From Eledone cirrhosa (Eukaryota), in the NCBI GenBank assembly GCA_964016885.1, contig OZ024742.1, positions 333,436,001 through 333,500,000 of the forward strand: a DNA stretch of 64,000 nt. The letters run 5' to 3'. The notes below the pieces were generated by a model that saw nothing but the letters and a program-made list of their open reading frames with translations, searched no databases and was not told the DNA's origin. Within the stretch, counting starts at the first letter, position 1, and each line of letters starts with the position of its first letter. Positions 44,424-60,650 of the stretch are shown here, piece by piece. The translations under genes were made by a program, and so were the position numbers.

Positions 44424-44484
<61 letters not shown>

Positions 44485-44565
44485 ATATATTTATATATAT
44501 ACATGTGTGTGTGCGTGTACGTGTGTGTGTGCGCGCGCATGTGCATCTATATATATATATATATA

Positions 44566-44757
44566 TGAAAATGTGTAACCCCGACGGCAGAGCTCAAGCT
44601 GTTTCGACGGCTATTTCTGGACTCCAGAAATAGCCGTCGAAACGACTTGAGCTCTGCCGTCGGGGTTAAATATTTTCATATTACCCACTCTACTACCCTA
44701 AGTATTTAGTAATCTGGTGCGTTGTGGTCCTTCTGGTTACTTACCACACCTCCTTCG

Positions 44758-44760
<3 letters not shown>
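44566..44760. mobile_element. Short palindromic element with its axis (about 44622) on hammerhead stem II
   Basis: gacggctatttctgga-c-tccagaaatagccgtc-GAAA-cgac-ttgagctct-gccg-TC-gggg; arms about 55 bp, then tail and (TA)n. Confidence 0.8.
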
Positions 44761-44812
<52 letters not shown>

Positions 44813-44968
44813 TACCAATCAGTACGAAACTGTCAGATTTATCTCCCCTGTTTGGTGAAAATTTAAAATAAGTGAGACTGTCACTACTCTAAAACAATAG
44901 CGTAAGGTCTTCGAAATGCTTTTAATTAAGCATACCATACAGTGTATGCAAAGTACACTATATATACA

Positions 44969-45057
<89 letters not shown>

Positions 45058-45060
<3 letters not shown>

Positions 45061-45735
45061 AGAGTATTGAAGTTTGCTTGAAGCATTGTGGAATAATAGT
45101 TAAATATCTTTAAGTCGTTTGGAAGCCTCGACAATGCAAATGGATAAATCTCCGGGTAACAAGATCCGGTGGTGGAGAGAGCGATGTAAGTGGGTGTACG
45201 TTGAGATACGTGGTGTGTATAAGACGTGTAGAGGAATGAAGGAAAGAGTATAAAGGATAAAATAAAAATAACAACACGAGAGAGAGTTACCTTGGGAGAG
45301 ATTTAATTGTCCATATATATTTCGGATTCACATCCATCAACTGGGAGTCTTTTCCGGGGTGGGGGAAAGGTTGTCTGTCGGAAATATGCGAAACGCGTCC
45401 ACCGCTGTTTGTTGTTTTGAATATAAAAAACAACAAACTGCGGAGGACACGTTTCGCACCTTTCCGACAGACAACCGGAAAAAAAACCCAGTTGATGGAT
45501 GTGAATCCGAAATATATAGGGACAATTAAATCTCTCCCAAGGTAACTCTCTCTCGTGTTGTTATTTTTTATTTTATCCTTTATACTCTTTCCTTCATTCC
45601 TCTACACGTCTTATACACACCACGCATCTCAACGTACACCCACTTACATCTCTCTCTCCACCACCGGATCTTGTTACCCGGAGATTTACCCATTTGCATT
45701 GTCGAGGCTTCCAAACGACCTAAAGATATTTACCA
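45058..45735. mobile_element. Fold-back palindromic element (arms about 310 bp, axis near 45422) in (TA)n
   Basis: 45101-45418 is the reverse complement of 45426-45732 with a small indel. Confidence 0.9.
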
Positions 45736-45748
45736 TATATATATATAT

Positions 45749-45942
45749 TCATGATGTTCAGCAAACATGTGGAGTACTTGGCTTTGAAAAGTACCAATCA
45801 GAACGAAACAGAGCTCTGTCAGCTTTATCTCCCCTGTTTGCTGAAATTTTAAAGTAAGTTAGACTCTAAAACAATAACGCAACGTCTTCCAAACGCTTTT
45901 AATTAAGCATACAGTGTATGAAAAATACACTATATATACATT

Positions 45943-46036
<94 letters not shown>

Positions 46037-46675
46037 AATGTATATATAGTGTATTTTTCATACACTGTATGCTTAATTAAAAGCATTTCGAAGACGTTAC
46101 GCTATTGTTTTACAGTAGTGACAGTCTAACTTACTTAAAAATTTCAGCAAACAGGGGAGATAAAGTTGACAGAGCTCTGTTTCGTTCTAATTGGTACTTT
46201 TCAATGCCAAGTATTCCACCTGTTTGCTGAACATCATGAATGTTTGATTCTTATAGAATTCTAGTAATAATCAGGAACTGATTATACAGAGCGGTTGCCG
46301 GTCAGGCAGAAATTGAAAATTAGAATTGGTCCTCTGAAAAAGCGATATATATATGAATGTATATAGAGTGTATTTTGCAATAGACTGTATGCTTAATTAA
46401 AAGCATTTCGAAGACTTTACGCTATTGTTTTAGAGTAGTGACAGTCTCACTTACTTTATATTTTCAGCTAACAGGGGAGATAAAGCTGACAGAGCTCTGT
46501 TTCGTACTGACCGGTAACCGCTCTGTATAATCAGTTCCTGATTATTACTAGAATTCTATAAGAATCAAACATTCATGATTTTCAGCAAACAGGTGGAGTA
46601 CTTGGCTTTGATATGTACAAATCAGTACGAAACAGAGCTCTGTCAGCTTTATCTCCCCTGTTAGCTGAAAATTTC

Positions 46676-46678
<3 letters not shown>
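45749..46678. mobile_element. Cluster of four alternating-orientation copies of one short hammerhead element (fifth, truncated copy at 44811-44975)
   Basis: Copies about 45749-45945 (+), 46034-46345 (-), 46352-46510 (-) and 46508-46678 (+). Confidence 0.85.
45757..45845 (+). ncRNA. Type I hammerhead, U3-A8 core, extended stem I
   Basis: gct-TTGAAAA(45784-45790)-gtac-caatca-gaac-GAAA-cagagctctg-TC-agc; distal stem ttcagcaaaca/tgtttgctgaa. Other copies have stem II gtac/gtac. Confidence 0.75.
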
Positions 46679-47862
<1,184 letters not shown>

Positions 47863-49579
47863 GTATATATCCAGGCAGACTAAACAATTTGCAGCTATTA
47901 GTTTATATGTGTATGGATGTATATATAGTGAGTATATGTGAGTGTACAAATCATTTTTTGTTTCTTCATTTGTGTCAGTGTGTGTGTTTATAAATCTGTT
48001 TGAGTTTTTGCGATGTGATGTTATGCTCTGTTCGTATGTATTCTAGTATTTCTGTGATTGCGTTAGAGGGTGTTTCTATGGGTTTCTGATCAGATATTAA
48101 TTCCGAACGCGATATACTTGCAATTTCTCTATGGACTAAAGAATTGCAAACACGTACCTATTTACATAAAACCGCCTCGATGTTCACATAATATATTTAT
48201 CTATTTCAAGTCCAATAAGACCAGACAACTTGTTTGCAATGATTTGTGGAGACAATTATTGTTAACAGGTTGTTTTTAATAGATTTACAATACTGTGGAA
48301 GCTGCATAATCGAATGCAACCATAAGATACTATGTTCCATCCCATTGCGTTGAATTCGGACATGAGGTATTTACCATTTACAAAGGTTATACCTGTAATT
48401 TGGGAGGGAAATTGTGTAAATAGAAACTGTATAGATGCTCGTCGGAAGAACTGTACCTGTAACACAAAGCGGCAGCGTTTCCACACAACTACTCAGACTC
48501 TCTCCCACCAAGTATTACGTTATATTTACACCTGCTTATTGCTACACGTGTCTTTGAAATGTTCAGAGATGTTCACGTTAATTTCATAAGCATCATGAAC
48601 AACTAGACCATTCCGGGTAATTATACTGTATATGTAAACAAATATTAGATTTCAGGATAGCGTTCATCGCCATCGAGATATTCAGTGCCGTCGGGTGCTG
48701 GACTGCCATTTCCTCCACTGAACTGGCACGGAGGCATCAAGCCTGAGGAACAGTAACCGATGCAGCGGGCAATGCTGAGTGCTCATTTCAGAAAGGAATC
48801 TGCTTATGATCCACGATTCGGAGCTGTGATATATCCTCTAGCCTTCTGTGTAAATTGTTGACCTTCATAATTTCTTCCAGCATTCTTGTTTCTTTCATTT
48901 TCATTTATTATCGCTTTTGTTTGTTGACAGTATATTGTAAATAAATGAATTCGGTGTATTTACAAAAAGAGTTTCTATCTAAGTTATACACCATGGAGTT
49001 GATAGAGCTTTACATTTATGAAAGTATTTAGAATTACGAAACACAAATGTAAGACAAAAACAGGCGGGTGCATATGCTTCTTCTAAAGCTTTATCTGCCA
49101 ACTTATGTTTATTTTTTCGTTTGAAGCCACCATTTATAACGGAACAGAAGCATGCCTGATGTTCATCTGTCTGTCTACTTCAAAACGATCGAATACAGAA
49201 TTTTCATCCCACTAGTATTATTGAAAATCAACAAGCTGCAATGACTGTCTTTATAACCTATTCAATTACCATTCCTGTAAATCTTATTTATTATATAATT
49301 GTGTTAATAAGTAGAAAATACATTTTATGTATGACTTAAATTTTGTAACCTTTCATTGTAAGATAATACACATCTTCCAGTAGCTTCCGGGGAAGAAAAT
49401 GGCTTTGCTTTTTAAATTTTAATTACATAATCTTTATCATCACCAGCAAAACTTTCTCTCTATAAAATACTTGTTATGAAGAAACTATTCTTCTGTCTTC
49501 TTGAAATGTGTCTTCATATCTGTCTAGTCAACATAAGTATTTCTCACTCTTTATCTCGATTTGTCTGACAACCTGTTTA

Positions 49580-49721
<142 letters not shown>

Positions 49722-50063
49722 GCTTACCTATGTCTCACCTATTTATGGCTGTATACATAAATCTATGTAAGAACACGAACACGCTAACTGTTCTTGCCAA
49801 TTACACATATATATAGCTTGGGTAGACATTAGAGAGGAAAATTGCTAAACCCATTAAACAATGTAACAGGTGCGCGAAAATATGTAACTTGAGTGAGATT
49901 TCAATGCCATATTATGTAGATGCAGATTTACAATTTAGAATAATGGATTCCTTACATTCCGAGCAGAAATCTATGTTCATTTCTACAAAACGGGTAAATG
50001 AGAACCATACCATTATTACTTCTATTCCGCCCATCTCTCACTCTCACACATGCATGCATAAAT

Positions 50064-50134
<71 letters not shown>

Positions 50135-50176
50135 TATCTCTCACACTCCCCCCTCTCTCTCTCTCTCTCTCTCTCT

Positions 50177-50210
<34 letters not shown>

Positions 50211-51056
50211 AGAATATATAACATTTCATTTCTTTGACATATCTATACAAAATTGATTCCTCATCTTATTAAAATTGTTTATACACACATCACATATATA
50301 TTTGTACATGTACATACCTACATACATATATATGTTACGCGTTATTAATTTTGCCAACCTGAATAAAAGTTACTTCATTGAGGAAGTCAAATATGAAACG
50401 AAACAAGTCTGCTACTTTCAGTAGTTGGATTAATGACCAGATTCCTTCCCTTTCTAGATAATCTATGTTTTCCAAGAAATGGGCAAATATCTCTTATATG
50501 TTGATGTGATTCTATCACCTTGCTTGGTTTTAGAATTAAAAAACCCCAAAGGGTATTTTAAATATGTGGGCCATTGCACTTAATCGTAGATGTTCAACTC
50601 ATTGACATATTCATTAAAATCTTGGGTTAAATATCATCGTATATTTCTACATCCCTGCAGTCTGATTTCCAATTGGCGTTCATCTACCTAAAGTTGCAAC
50701 GCACTGATAATATCCGCAACGGAAAGTGAAATGAAAAATCCACCTCTGTGTGTACTTTCATAGCGCAGAATGATTGATTGGGGTATTTTCCTCCAGTTAC
50801 ATATAAATATATATATTCATGTGCGTATGTATGAATATTAATTTGAGAGTGAGTTTAGTTGTTTGTGTGAGTGTGCGCGCGCGTGTGGGTGAGAAGATAA
50901 GTGGTTTCTTATTTTAAAGTCTCACAAAGTGAAGATGTATTTTGAATGAGCAATTTAACATCAATTTCCTAACTTTCAAATAGCTGCAGCAGAGACGTAT
51001 GATTCTTCAACATTGCTCTGCTTATTTACCTCAATACACACACACACACACACACA

Positions 51057-51110
<54 letters not shown>

Positions 51111-51199
51111 TGTATGTATGAAGTATGTGTGTATGTATGTGTATATATGTGTCTGTGTAATGAAGAATATGTAATACCCATATGAGATAACATGTGCCT

Positions 51200-51620
51200 G
51201 AAATCAGTATCTGGCCATAGTTTGCCAGATAATTTTCCTAATGATATCCAAACTACAGTAGATACTTTTACAATCTTACAGTGCAAGTGATAAACTCAGA
51301 AATGGATTTGAATGAAATCATAAATTGGATTATTTATAAATGAGGAAGTAGCGCAGATGCTAAAAATTACAGACCTATCTCTCTAGCTTCAAATATCTGC
51401 AAGTACATGGAACGAATTAACAGGGATAATTTGATTATTTTCTTAGAGAAGAATGCCTTACTCAGTAATACACTTTAACATATTTTTCCTTCTGATAGTG
51501 TTAATTCATTAGACAGTTACTGCAATATTATGATCGGACATTAAAAAGCCTCTCAACTAGTCAAAAATTGAGGGAATATAAGCACATGTACTTGACTAAT
51601 GCTTTTAACTATATTAGTTG
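51200..51620 (+). mobile_element. CR1-type RT fragment, degenerate
   Basis: NYRPISLASNICKYMERINRDNLIIFLEKNALLS from 51365. Confidence 0.75.
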
Positions 51621-52314
51621 TACGAAATTATACCACACTACCTCATCTGTGCATTGTTAAGATATAAGATCATTCATTACAACCTCTTTTACAATGAGTT
51701 TCTGTTATACAGAATGGTCAAATACCTATATATAAGATTGGCAATTATTGCAGTCAATATTAAACCACGGATAACGCCAACAATTCTACGTACATGAGGA
51801 ATACACTTGTTAATTTGGTGATAAATCTGAAGAAATCAACATCGAGCACACGACGCTCGTACGTACAGACGATGATTGCAAGCTTTTTAAATACGGGAAT
51901 TCACTGATAGGTTAATCGGGAAACATAGAGCTGTAAAAACGTCGGACGTCAATGAAACTTGATTCACTGCCTTACTAGATGCGATCGGGACTGAGATGGC
52001 TATATTTAAGAGCGAACTCTGGAAATATCATGTTATTTCAGTACATCTCTTTCACCATTATATCCCTTGAGACCATCAGAGAATATGAAGTATGTGTAGC
52101 AATAACACATCTCAAAATGTAAGGGCAGAAATGCGCTTGCAGATCACATCCTCTCATTGTAAAATTCTGAAATGACTTCTAAACTGATATGAAAAGCCTG
52201 ATTTTGTGATTCAGTGTATCTTCAGTTTAGTATGACATTTCGCTAGGAGAAGGCATCAACGATGACTATGTCTATTAGTTGTAGCAATCTTGTGGTTTTT
52301 AATCACATGTTGAA

Positions 52315-52530
52315 GATGCTGGATTGGCGGAATTGGTAGAGCCTCGGACAACATGTTTAGTGGCACAGAGTTATGCCCCTTTACATTCTGAGTTCAAATC
52401 CCGCCGTGGTTAGGTTTGCCTTTCATCCTTACGGGGTCAATAAATTAACACTAACGCACTGGGGCCGATTTGCTCGATTTTCCATTTCCCGAAAAAGTGT
52501 TGGCCTTGTGCCTAAATCAGAAACGATTAT
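52315..52530 (+). mobile_element. SINE (Meta-domain type)
   Basis: tggcggaattggtaga, gagttcaaatcc, gcctttcatccttacggggtc. Confidence 0.85.
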
Positions 52531-54984
52531 TTTCTTTAAGTATTAAATAAGTGGATGTTTATTTTGATGAAAAATATGCGATTGTCATAAGCTTTTCAGG
52601 GATTGATTAATGTAAGTTGCAGGTAGATTACGCATAGCTCCGAAATGTACAAATGAAAGGAAACCAATATTTTGTGCACACCATGTGACGACAAGTAGAT
52701 TATTGATAAATGAAAGTAAGACTGGGGTAATCGATGGTTCAGATATACACGACTCAATAAATAGTTGGTCAAAGTTCCATCAGTACCCGTTAGAATTTTC
52801 CACAGTGACAGGAAGACACTAATCAAGAGACAAGTGATGGAAATTCCTTGTTATATGTGTATAGTTCACGTTTCCTCTGTGCTATTCATACATCTACACG
52901 ATACATTTACATTTTCTCTTCTATATATACCTGTAAAATTGTGTTTTTGAGGTGATATATATAATCATTATGTGTATCTGTGTGGATTGCGTGCATTTAT
53001 GTATCGGGATATTTAAACAATAATGCCTGGCCCGCTTTAGTGCATAGTCTGTAGATATATTTCCATTCAGAAATTACTGGTCTGCTAGATTTGTAGATGT
53101 GAGAGAATTTAAACAATAAATAAAAACTCTAGTTTTAGTAAACAATAGGAACCACTACCTCTAGATAAGCAGGAAGATGAGCTACCACCGGCGTAACTGG
53201 AATTATATTTGCTCTATAACTGTTTCGCCATTGTGTATGGATTTCTATGTAGTTTTTGTACCGATTTATTACTCTGCTTCCACCGGCACCTAGGTAAAAC
53301 TATAGTTGTAAAACCTCCCTCAAATCACGTCTTACTCTCTTCGGAAAATGGAACGTCGCTTCAGATAATGTAATCCTATACAATTCTAAAATCTGAATGG
53401 TCATGTGTCAGATTAATTACGAATGAATCGGAGCTAATCGACAACTATTTCAATCGAGGTCACTCTTTGCTAAAAATAACAGCCAAATGTCCCTGGAAAG
53501 AAACAATATCACATTCGAAATGGAAGGACACATTGAACAATACATTACTTGATACTCAGAAACAGGTAGGGCTGTCATGGATGGAAGGATTTTCATTATA
53601 GTGTAATTTGACTTTGCCCGTTACTCTCTTAAGTAGAGAAAATATATATTTATTGATATCGTTTATATGTATCTCCAATAATATCGCGATAGCTTCGGTT
53701 AAAATGCACCAGATGTATGCTCATATAAATTTAAAGTGGGCTAAACGATAACAAACATTACACATTTTAGAAGATTCTACGGGGTTGAAATGGTTACTTG
53801 AAATAGCAGTGAAATGTAATTCTGCGGTGTGTATAAGCAAAGGACAAATCAGATAATATATTTCACGATACATTATATCAAGATCAAAGACAGTATGATA
53901 ACATTTGGTATATCTCACTATCACAGTAGGATGACTATTCGTATGTTCGATCAAAGACAGATCAGCGGCCAAAAAACAAAAAATCTTATAGAATATTATC
54001 ATATACTTATAAAAACCAATGTATCAAAAACATTATAGAAACATATGCATATACATGAGGACACATACGACACGAACAAGCATACATAAATAAGGAAACA
54101 AGCATATGAAATTCAAACAAACGTATACACATGCATACACATTCAGGAGAATCGTTTCTTCAAACATCAATACATGCAAAGGGATACAACTCGTCAAATA
54201 GAACCCAAACATGTCTGAATGTTTAAGAAGTCTGCTCAGAAATCATGAGATATTGTGTTCGATCCTTCTGCGTAGGATTTCGAAACCATATCTTTAACAT
54301 AGCCGCTGGTCAACCCAAGCCTTTTGAATAAAATTGAGTATACGTAAGTTGTGCGGAAGCACGTCAAATGGATTGTGCCGGTAATTCGGATCTTGTCACA
54401 TATTTCTGTCACGCTGGTCTACCTGAGGACTACATTAAGTCATCAGGCGTAAAGTTGCTTAAACGACGAAATTCTCATCGTCGATAATGACGAAGGATCT
54501 ATCATGTACAGGAACAAACCTATTTAAATATTTAGAAAAAGGGACACATATAATCAAAGGGAATGGTGTTTATATAAAAAATACAACACACATAATCCAA
54601 CAAATAGTTGTATATACAAACAAAAAGTAAAATATAAATTTATAACCACATAAAATACCTTCGCAATCATCTGAGACACATACACATAGGTAAAAGCTTT
54701 TACACACGAGCACATACATATACTAACAAACAAACCTATGTAGTTATAAAAAAGTAGATAGGTTAGACGCACATGATAGCACAACATACATGATAGCACA
54801 ACATACACATCGTAACAATTATAGATAAGGAAGCACAGGCACACGCACATACACATGGATGTACACAAATTATATTCACAGTAAATAAAGAGATACACAC
54901 ACATATTCAAGTAAATACAGTTATTATAAATGGACAAAAGCACTCACAAAAATGCACATACACAGGCATAATTATATAAACACA

Positions 54985-55746
<762 letters not shown>

Positions 55747-56033
55747 CGTAAAGATAAGCGAGAGGGAATGACGTAAGGGAAGAGAGCAATTGAAGTTTGT
55801 GAGAATGATGAGGGGGTTGGTAATGTTCTGAGTACAATATGGTGACTAAGATCGATCAGTGCAGTTTACGATAGATAGAAAAGAGATGAAAAAAGAAAGG
55901 GAAAACTTATGAAGAAGGAGAAAAACACCAAATAGTATCTATTAGATTAGAGTAAGTTTATTCACGAACACATGCACACACATATATATGCTTGTATTCA
56001 CACACACACGCGTATATATATATGTATATATAG

Positions 56034-56064
<31 letters not shown>

Positions 56065-56096
56065 TACATACATAGATACATACATACATACATGCA

Positions 56097-56139
<43 letters not shown>

Positions 56140-56519
56140 TTATGTGTGTGTAACTGTCTGTGGATTTTTATTATTTTTATTATCCTTTAGAAACTACTGC
56201 AAAATCCATCTTCGCTGTTATGTAATCGGATGGAATAGTCTCTTTACATTTGCTTGTTTGCTCAGCCGACTTAGGTATCTGTCACCTGCAAGAACAAACG
56301 AAAGTGAATAACTCGGAGTAGTGCCGAACGAAAGAGAAAGCCACAATTATATATATATATATATACCTAATCCTAACAGGTGTCAGTTTTTTTCATGCTC
56401 CGACCCACATATCAGATATTTTGTTTTTCTTATTGGTAGGGGGAGAAACCTCACGGGATGTTGCTTTGGATATTTATGAAGATGTCACATAAATCAACAC
56501 GAAAAGGAAATGTATTTCA

Positions 56520-56722
56520 CATAACGGCAGCTTGTTGTCCCTAGTCATGACGACATATTTTGAAATAACCTCAGAAGCACTAAACAAGTTCAGAAATAGC
56601 CGTCGAAACGGCTTGAGCTCTGCCGTCGGGGTCATACTTTTTCCTATTAGCCACTCTACTACCCTAAGTATTGAGTACTTTGGTGCGTTATGGTCTATCT
56701 GGTTCCTTACCTCAACTCCTTC

Positions 56723-56727
<5 letters not shown>
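56520..56727 (+). mobile_element. Copy of the 1.2 kb / 44.6 kb hammerhead family with a degenerate 5' core
   Basis: ttcagaaatagccgtc-GAAA-cggc-ttgagctct-gccg-TC-gggg, then the family tail and (TA)n. Confidence 0.7.
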
Positions 56728-56784
<57 letters not shown>

Positions 56785-57371
56785 GGTTTCAATCGGGGGT
56801 AACCACATGATTTCTCCCGAATGAAACAGTTCTAGTCCTGTAGAAGCTTTTCTACATTAAATATATATATATATATATATATATGTAGATAAATCTACCA
56901 AAATGTACGGTAGTGTCCAATCCGTATGAAGAACTCAATGTAATCCGAATATCATGAAAAGAGAAGATGTATTCAAAAAATTTTTTCCGATGAAAAATAC
57001 ACGAAAACAGAGTCAAGATAAATTAATAAAAATAATGAATAAAAACAAAGAAACAGTTCCTTATATTAAAAAATTCATCATTTTACGATCGTTTCTAGGA
57101 TATATATGTTTGTGTTGGTATGATTATCATATAGATCTGTGTAAAATGTTTACAAACTATCAGAGGGAATATACATACCTACACATATATATGCTGTCTT
57201 CAGAAATAATATATTTGTGAAAAAAACCAACAAAGATTTAATATAATAGGTCCGTTTGGGAATAGATTTTGAATTCCCTATATTTTGAATAAGATTGATA
57301 TTTTTCACTAACACATTTATCGTAAAATGTTATTCTCCTTAGATATTTACATTAGCATTATTATTTTATAA

Positions 57372-57555
57372 GGCGGTGGATTGGCAGTATCGGTAGAGGG
57401 TCGGACGCCATGCTTTCCAGCATAGTTACGTCCCTTTTCGATCTGAGTTCAAATCCCGCCGAGGTTGACTTTGCCTTTCATCCTTACGGGGTCGATAAAA
57501 TAAAGTACCAGTAATGCACTGGGTAATTGCTGGCCTTGTACCTAATGTAGAAACA
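57372..57555 (+). mobile_element. Full-length Meta-type SINE with 15-bp TSD
   Basis: attattattttataa at both 57357-57371 and 57556-57570. Confidence 0.92.
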
Positions 57556-57815
57556 ATTATTATTTTATAACATCAATTCTTCGTGTACCTTTTACCGACT
57601 TTACCTATTTTCATCCCTAAAATAATCTGTTCATTCATCATACTCTTTCCATTCAAAACTGAAATCTGCCTTCCTCTACCGCTAAATTAAAGTTCTATTA
57701 CTACTATTCTACCATCTTGACCACTCACTACCTTTCTATTAGTCAATTCAAAACCTGTTCCCAAACAGACCTATTATATTTAATCTTTGTTGGTTGTTTT
57801 CAATAAACAAATATA

Positions 57816-57954
57816 ATTCTTTCTGAAGACAGTATATATATGTGTAGGTATGTATATTCCCTCTGATAGTTTGTAAAAATTTTACATAGATCTATATGAT
57901 ATACATACCAACACAAACATATATATCTTAGAAACGATCGTAAAATGATGAATT
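57816..57954 (+). ncRNA. Hammerhead with an approximately 100-nt stem II (mirror copy 57073-57210, minus)
   Basis: ttt-CTGAAGA(57823-57829)-long hairpin-GAAA(57931)-cgatcg-TA-aaa. Confidence 0.7.
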
Positions 57955-59464
57955 TTTTAATATAAGGAACTGTTTCTTTGTTTTTATTCATTATTTTTAT
58001 TAATTTATATATATATATGTGTAGATTTAAAAATAAAATACGACTATCATTACCCACAACATTTATAGCACCATAACAGACTCCTCTAAACTACAACGAC
58101 ACTGTCTTAAACACAAATCCTATTCTCACCACTAATGACTCCATCACCGCAACTAATTCCCACAATACAATCAACATCCCCTCTTCCACTCGGCACCAAT
58201 TGTTATACCTTCACCAAGTTCACCACCACATTAACATAATTATTACCTCCTCTGTCAAATAACGACAAAATGAAGCTATTTCTAGACATTCTATAATATA
58301 CCAATTCTTCTTTCTTCACAAACAATGCTGTTAAGTCTGTAACGATTTCACATCATTCAAATGCACAATTAGAAAGATAAACTAGTACATCACCCGTTGT
58401 TTTACCAACGGTATAAGCAATACTATTTCATGTTTCCTAAATTATCTTTAAAACAGCGATATTAGTGCATCAGATATAAACATATATATATTACTTCCCT
58501 GATCTTTGGTCTCCATGATGAAAGCTTCACCCTCCCGCACACACACTTATCCGAACCGGGACGATTTATGTCTATGTGTACGCGTTTATATACGCAGGCA
58601 TATATTACATATATGGAGACACAAACACGCGTACACACAGCAATTAATACATATATAACATGTGGGTATGTATGTGTATGTGTTTATGTGTGTGTATCAG
58701 TACCATTTATAATAATCTCTGGTAACTGAGGAAGTGATGAAGGAATCAACACTAAATATTCTTAATAATTCAGTATTGAAAGTGTTTTTCCTTCTCAATA
58801 TATAACTAATAGCCATCAATACCTGTGACTTCCAACACTTAATTGATAAAGCCAGTTAAAAACTTGTGCTACGTCCAGACTTAAAATGTGTTTGTGTGTG
58901 TGAGTCTATGTATATGTGTGTGTGTGTGTCTGTGTGCGTGTGTGTGCCTGTGTATATGAATCTGTGTTCGTGTGTGTGTAAATATATATACAGACATATA
59001 GTCATATAATAGAAATGTTTATCTCATGAATATTTCTGGGTTTGATTATTTTTTTTAACATAAAATAATCAAAATCGACTTGTACGTTAAATTTACTCGT
59101 TTACGAATCGAACACATGCAGCGTGAATCCATAGGTAAGATATTGTTATTCCTTTGAGCAGACCAGGAATAAATCATTTAATTACAACATGTAAAGCGGA
59201 AGTAATCTAATACCCGGGAATAGTTGTGTGATACAGGAAGGAAATTGTGTTAACATACAACTTAGTTGACCAATAAAACAATGATAATATAGGTGTGTGC
59301 CATTCAGAGATGGAGCTGTTAGTATTGAATGTAGAAAGGTTTTTTTTTATATGAAACATTCTGTCGCTACACTAAGCACACATACATCTATGTATCTAGT
59401 TATCTGTATATTTAAAAATACCTGCATGAATATATGGAGAAATGCTTACATACACAAAAACAAG

Positions 59465-59570
<106 letters not shown>

Positions 59571-59693
59571 GGTGGGTGTGTAAGTGTGTGTGTATATATA
59601 TGCATGTATGTGTGTGTACAACCATATATTATATATATATATATATGTGTGTATGTGTAAGTGTGTGTGTGTATGTATGTGTATGTATGCATC

Positions 59694-59737
<44 letters not shown>

Positions 59738-60234
59738 TGCGTGAACACCTGTAACGAAAATAAACTAAATGTAGCAGTATAACAACAGAAGCCGTATGAA
59801 TGAAGATTTGAAATACACCATATGTGTGTTATTTTTGTCTTCGTACCTTTTATATAAGATTTCTTTTGTCCTCATTACTTGGTAATTTAAGTTTCTTTTT
59901 TTCTCTTATTACTTAGTTATATACGATTTCCTTTCATTTCTCACTGCAATAGAAACAAATATATAAAATACAATACTAATAAAAGCATAGAAAAGTATAT
60001 TCAACAAAAAAAAATAGCCAGACTTGATGAGATTTGCGACGTCCGTATGTTGAAAGATACATAGCTGTAGAAATGTCTTTAGGACACACTCAGTACTAAA
60101 GAACTAGAATAGTTTTCATCTTCAAATATCATAGGAGAACATAACCAAATTAGATGGTGAGAAATGCAAATATGACGCTTGTCAAATATAAGAAAATAGA
60201 GATACAACGGTTGGTGTGTGTTTTTTCAGTACTA

Positions 60235-60650
60235 GACTCGTATATCAGTAGAGCGTTTGATAACATTCTTTGTTGCATTGAGTTATGGGCCTCTACGTTC
60301 TGAGTTCAAATCCTGCAAAGGTTAGCTTTGCCTTTCATATTACAGGGTCGATAAAATAAAATTCCAGTCATGCACTGGGATCGATTAAATCGGATTTCCC
60401 CTCCCCTGAAATTGTTGGCCTTGTGTCTAAATCAGAAACCATTTTTATTACTATTGTTATTGCTGATTTGGCAGTACCAGTAGAAGGTCGGACGCCATGC
60501 TTTGCAGCATAGAGTTACGCCCCTTTATATTCTGAGTTCAAATCCTGCCGATGTTCACTTTGCCTTTCATCCTTACGGGGTCGATAAAATAAAGTACCTT
60601 TAATGTACTGAGTAATTTCTGGCCTTGTGCCAAATGTAAAAACAGTTATT
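60235..60650 (+). mobile_element. Two tandem Meta-type SINEs (about 60235-60445 and 60463-60650)
   Basis: Each has ctgagttcaaatcc, ctttgcctttcat and ggtcgataaaataaa. Confidence 0.85.

Larger units (their letters stand above)
57020..58005. mobile_element. Inverted-repeat element (arms about 255 bp: 57020-57276 and 57745-58005) with a SINE in the spacer
   Basis: Arms are reverse complements; the two near-identical short ORFs on opposite strands in the ORF track reflect this. Confidence 0.88.

Noticed and set aside
58723-58764. Hammerhead-like CTGAGGA-agtg...cact-AAA
   Set aside because: G of GAAA missing, weak stems, single copy.
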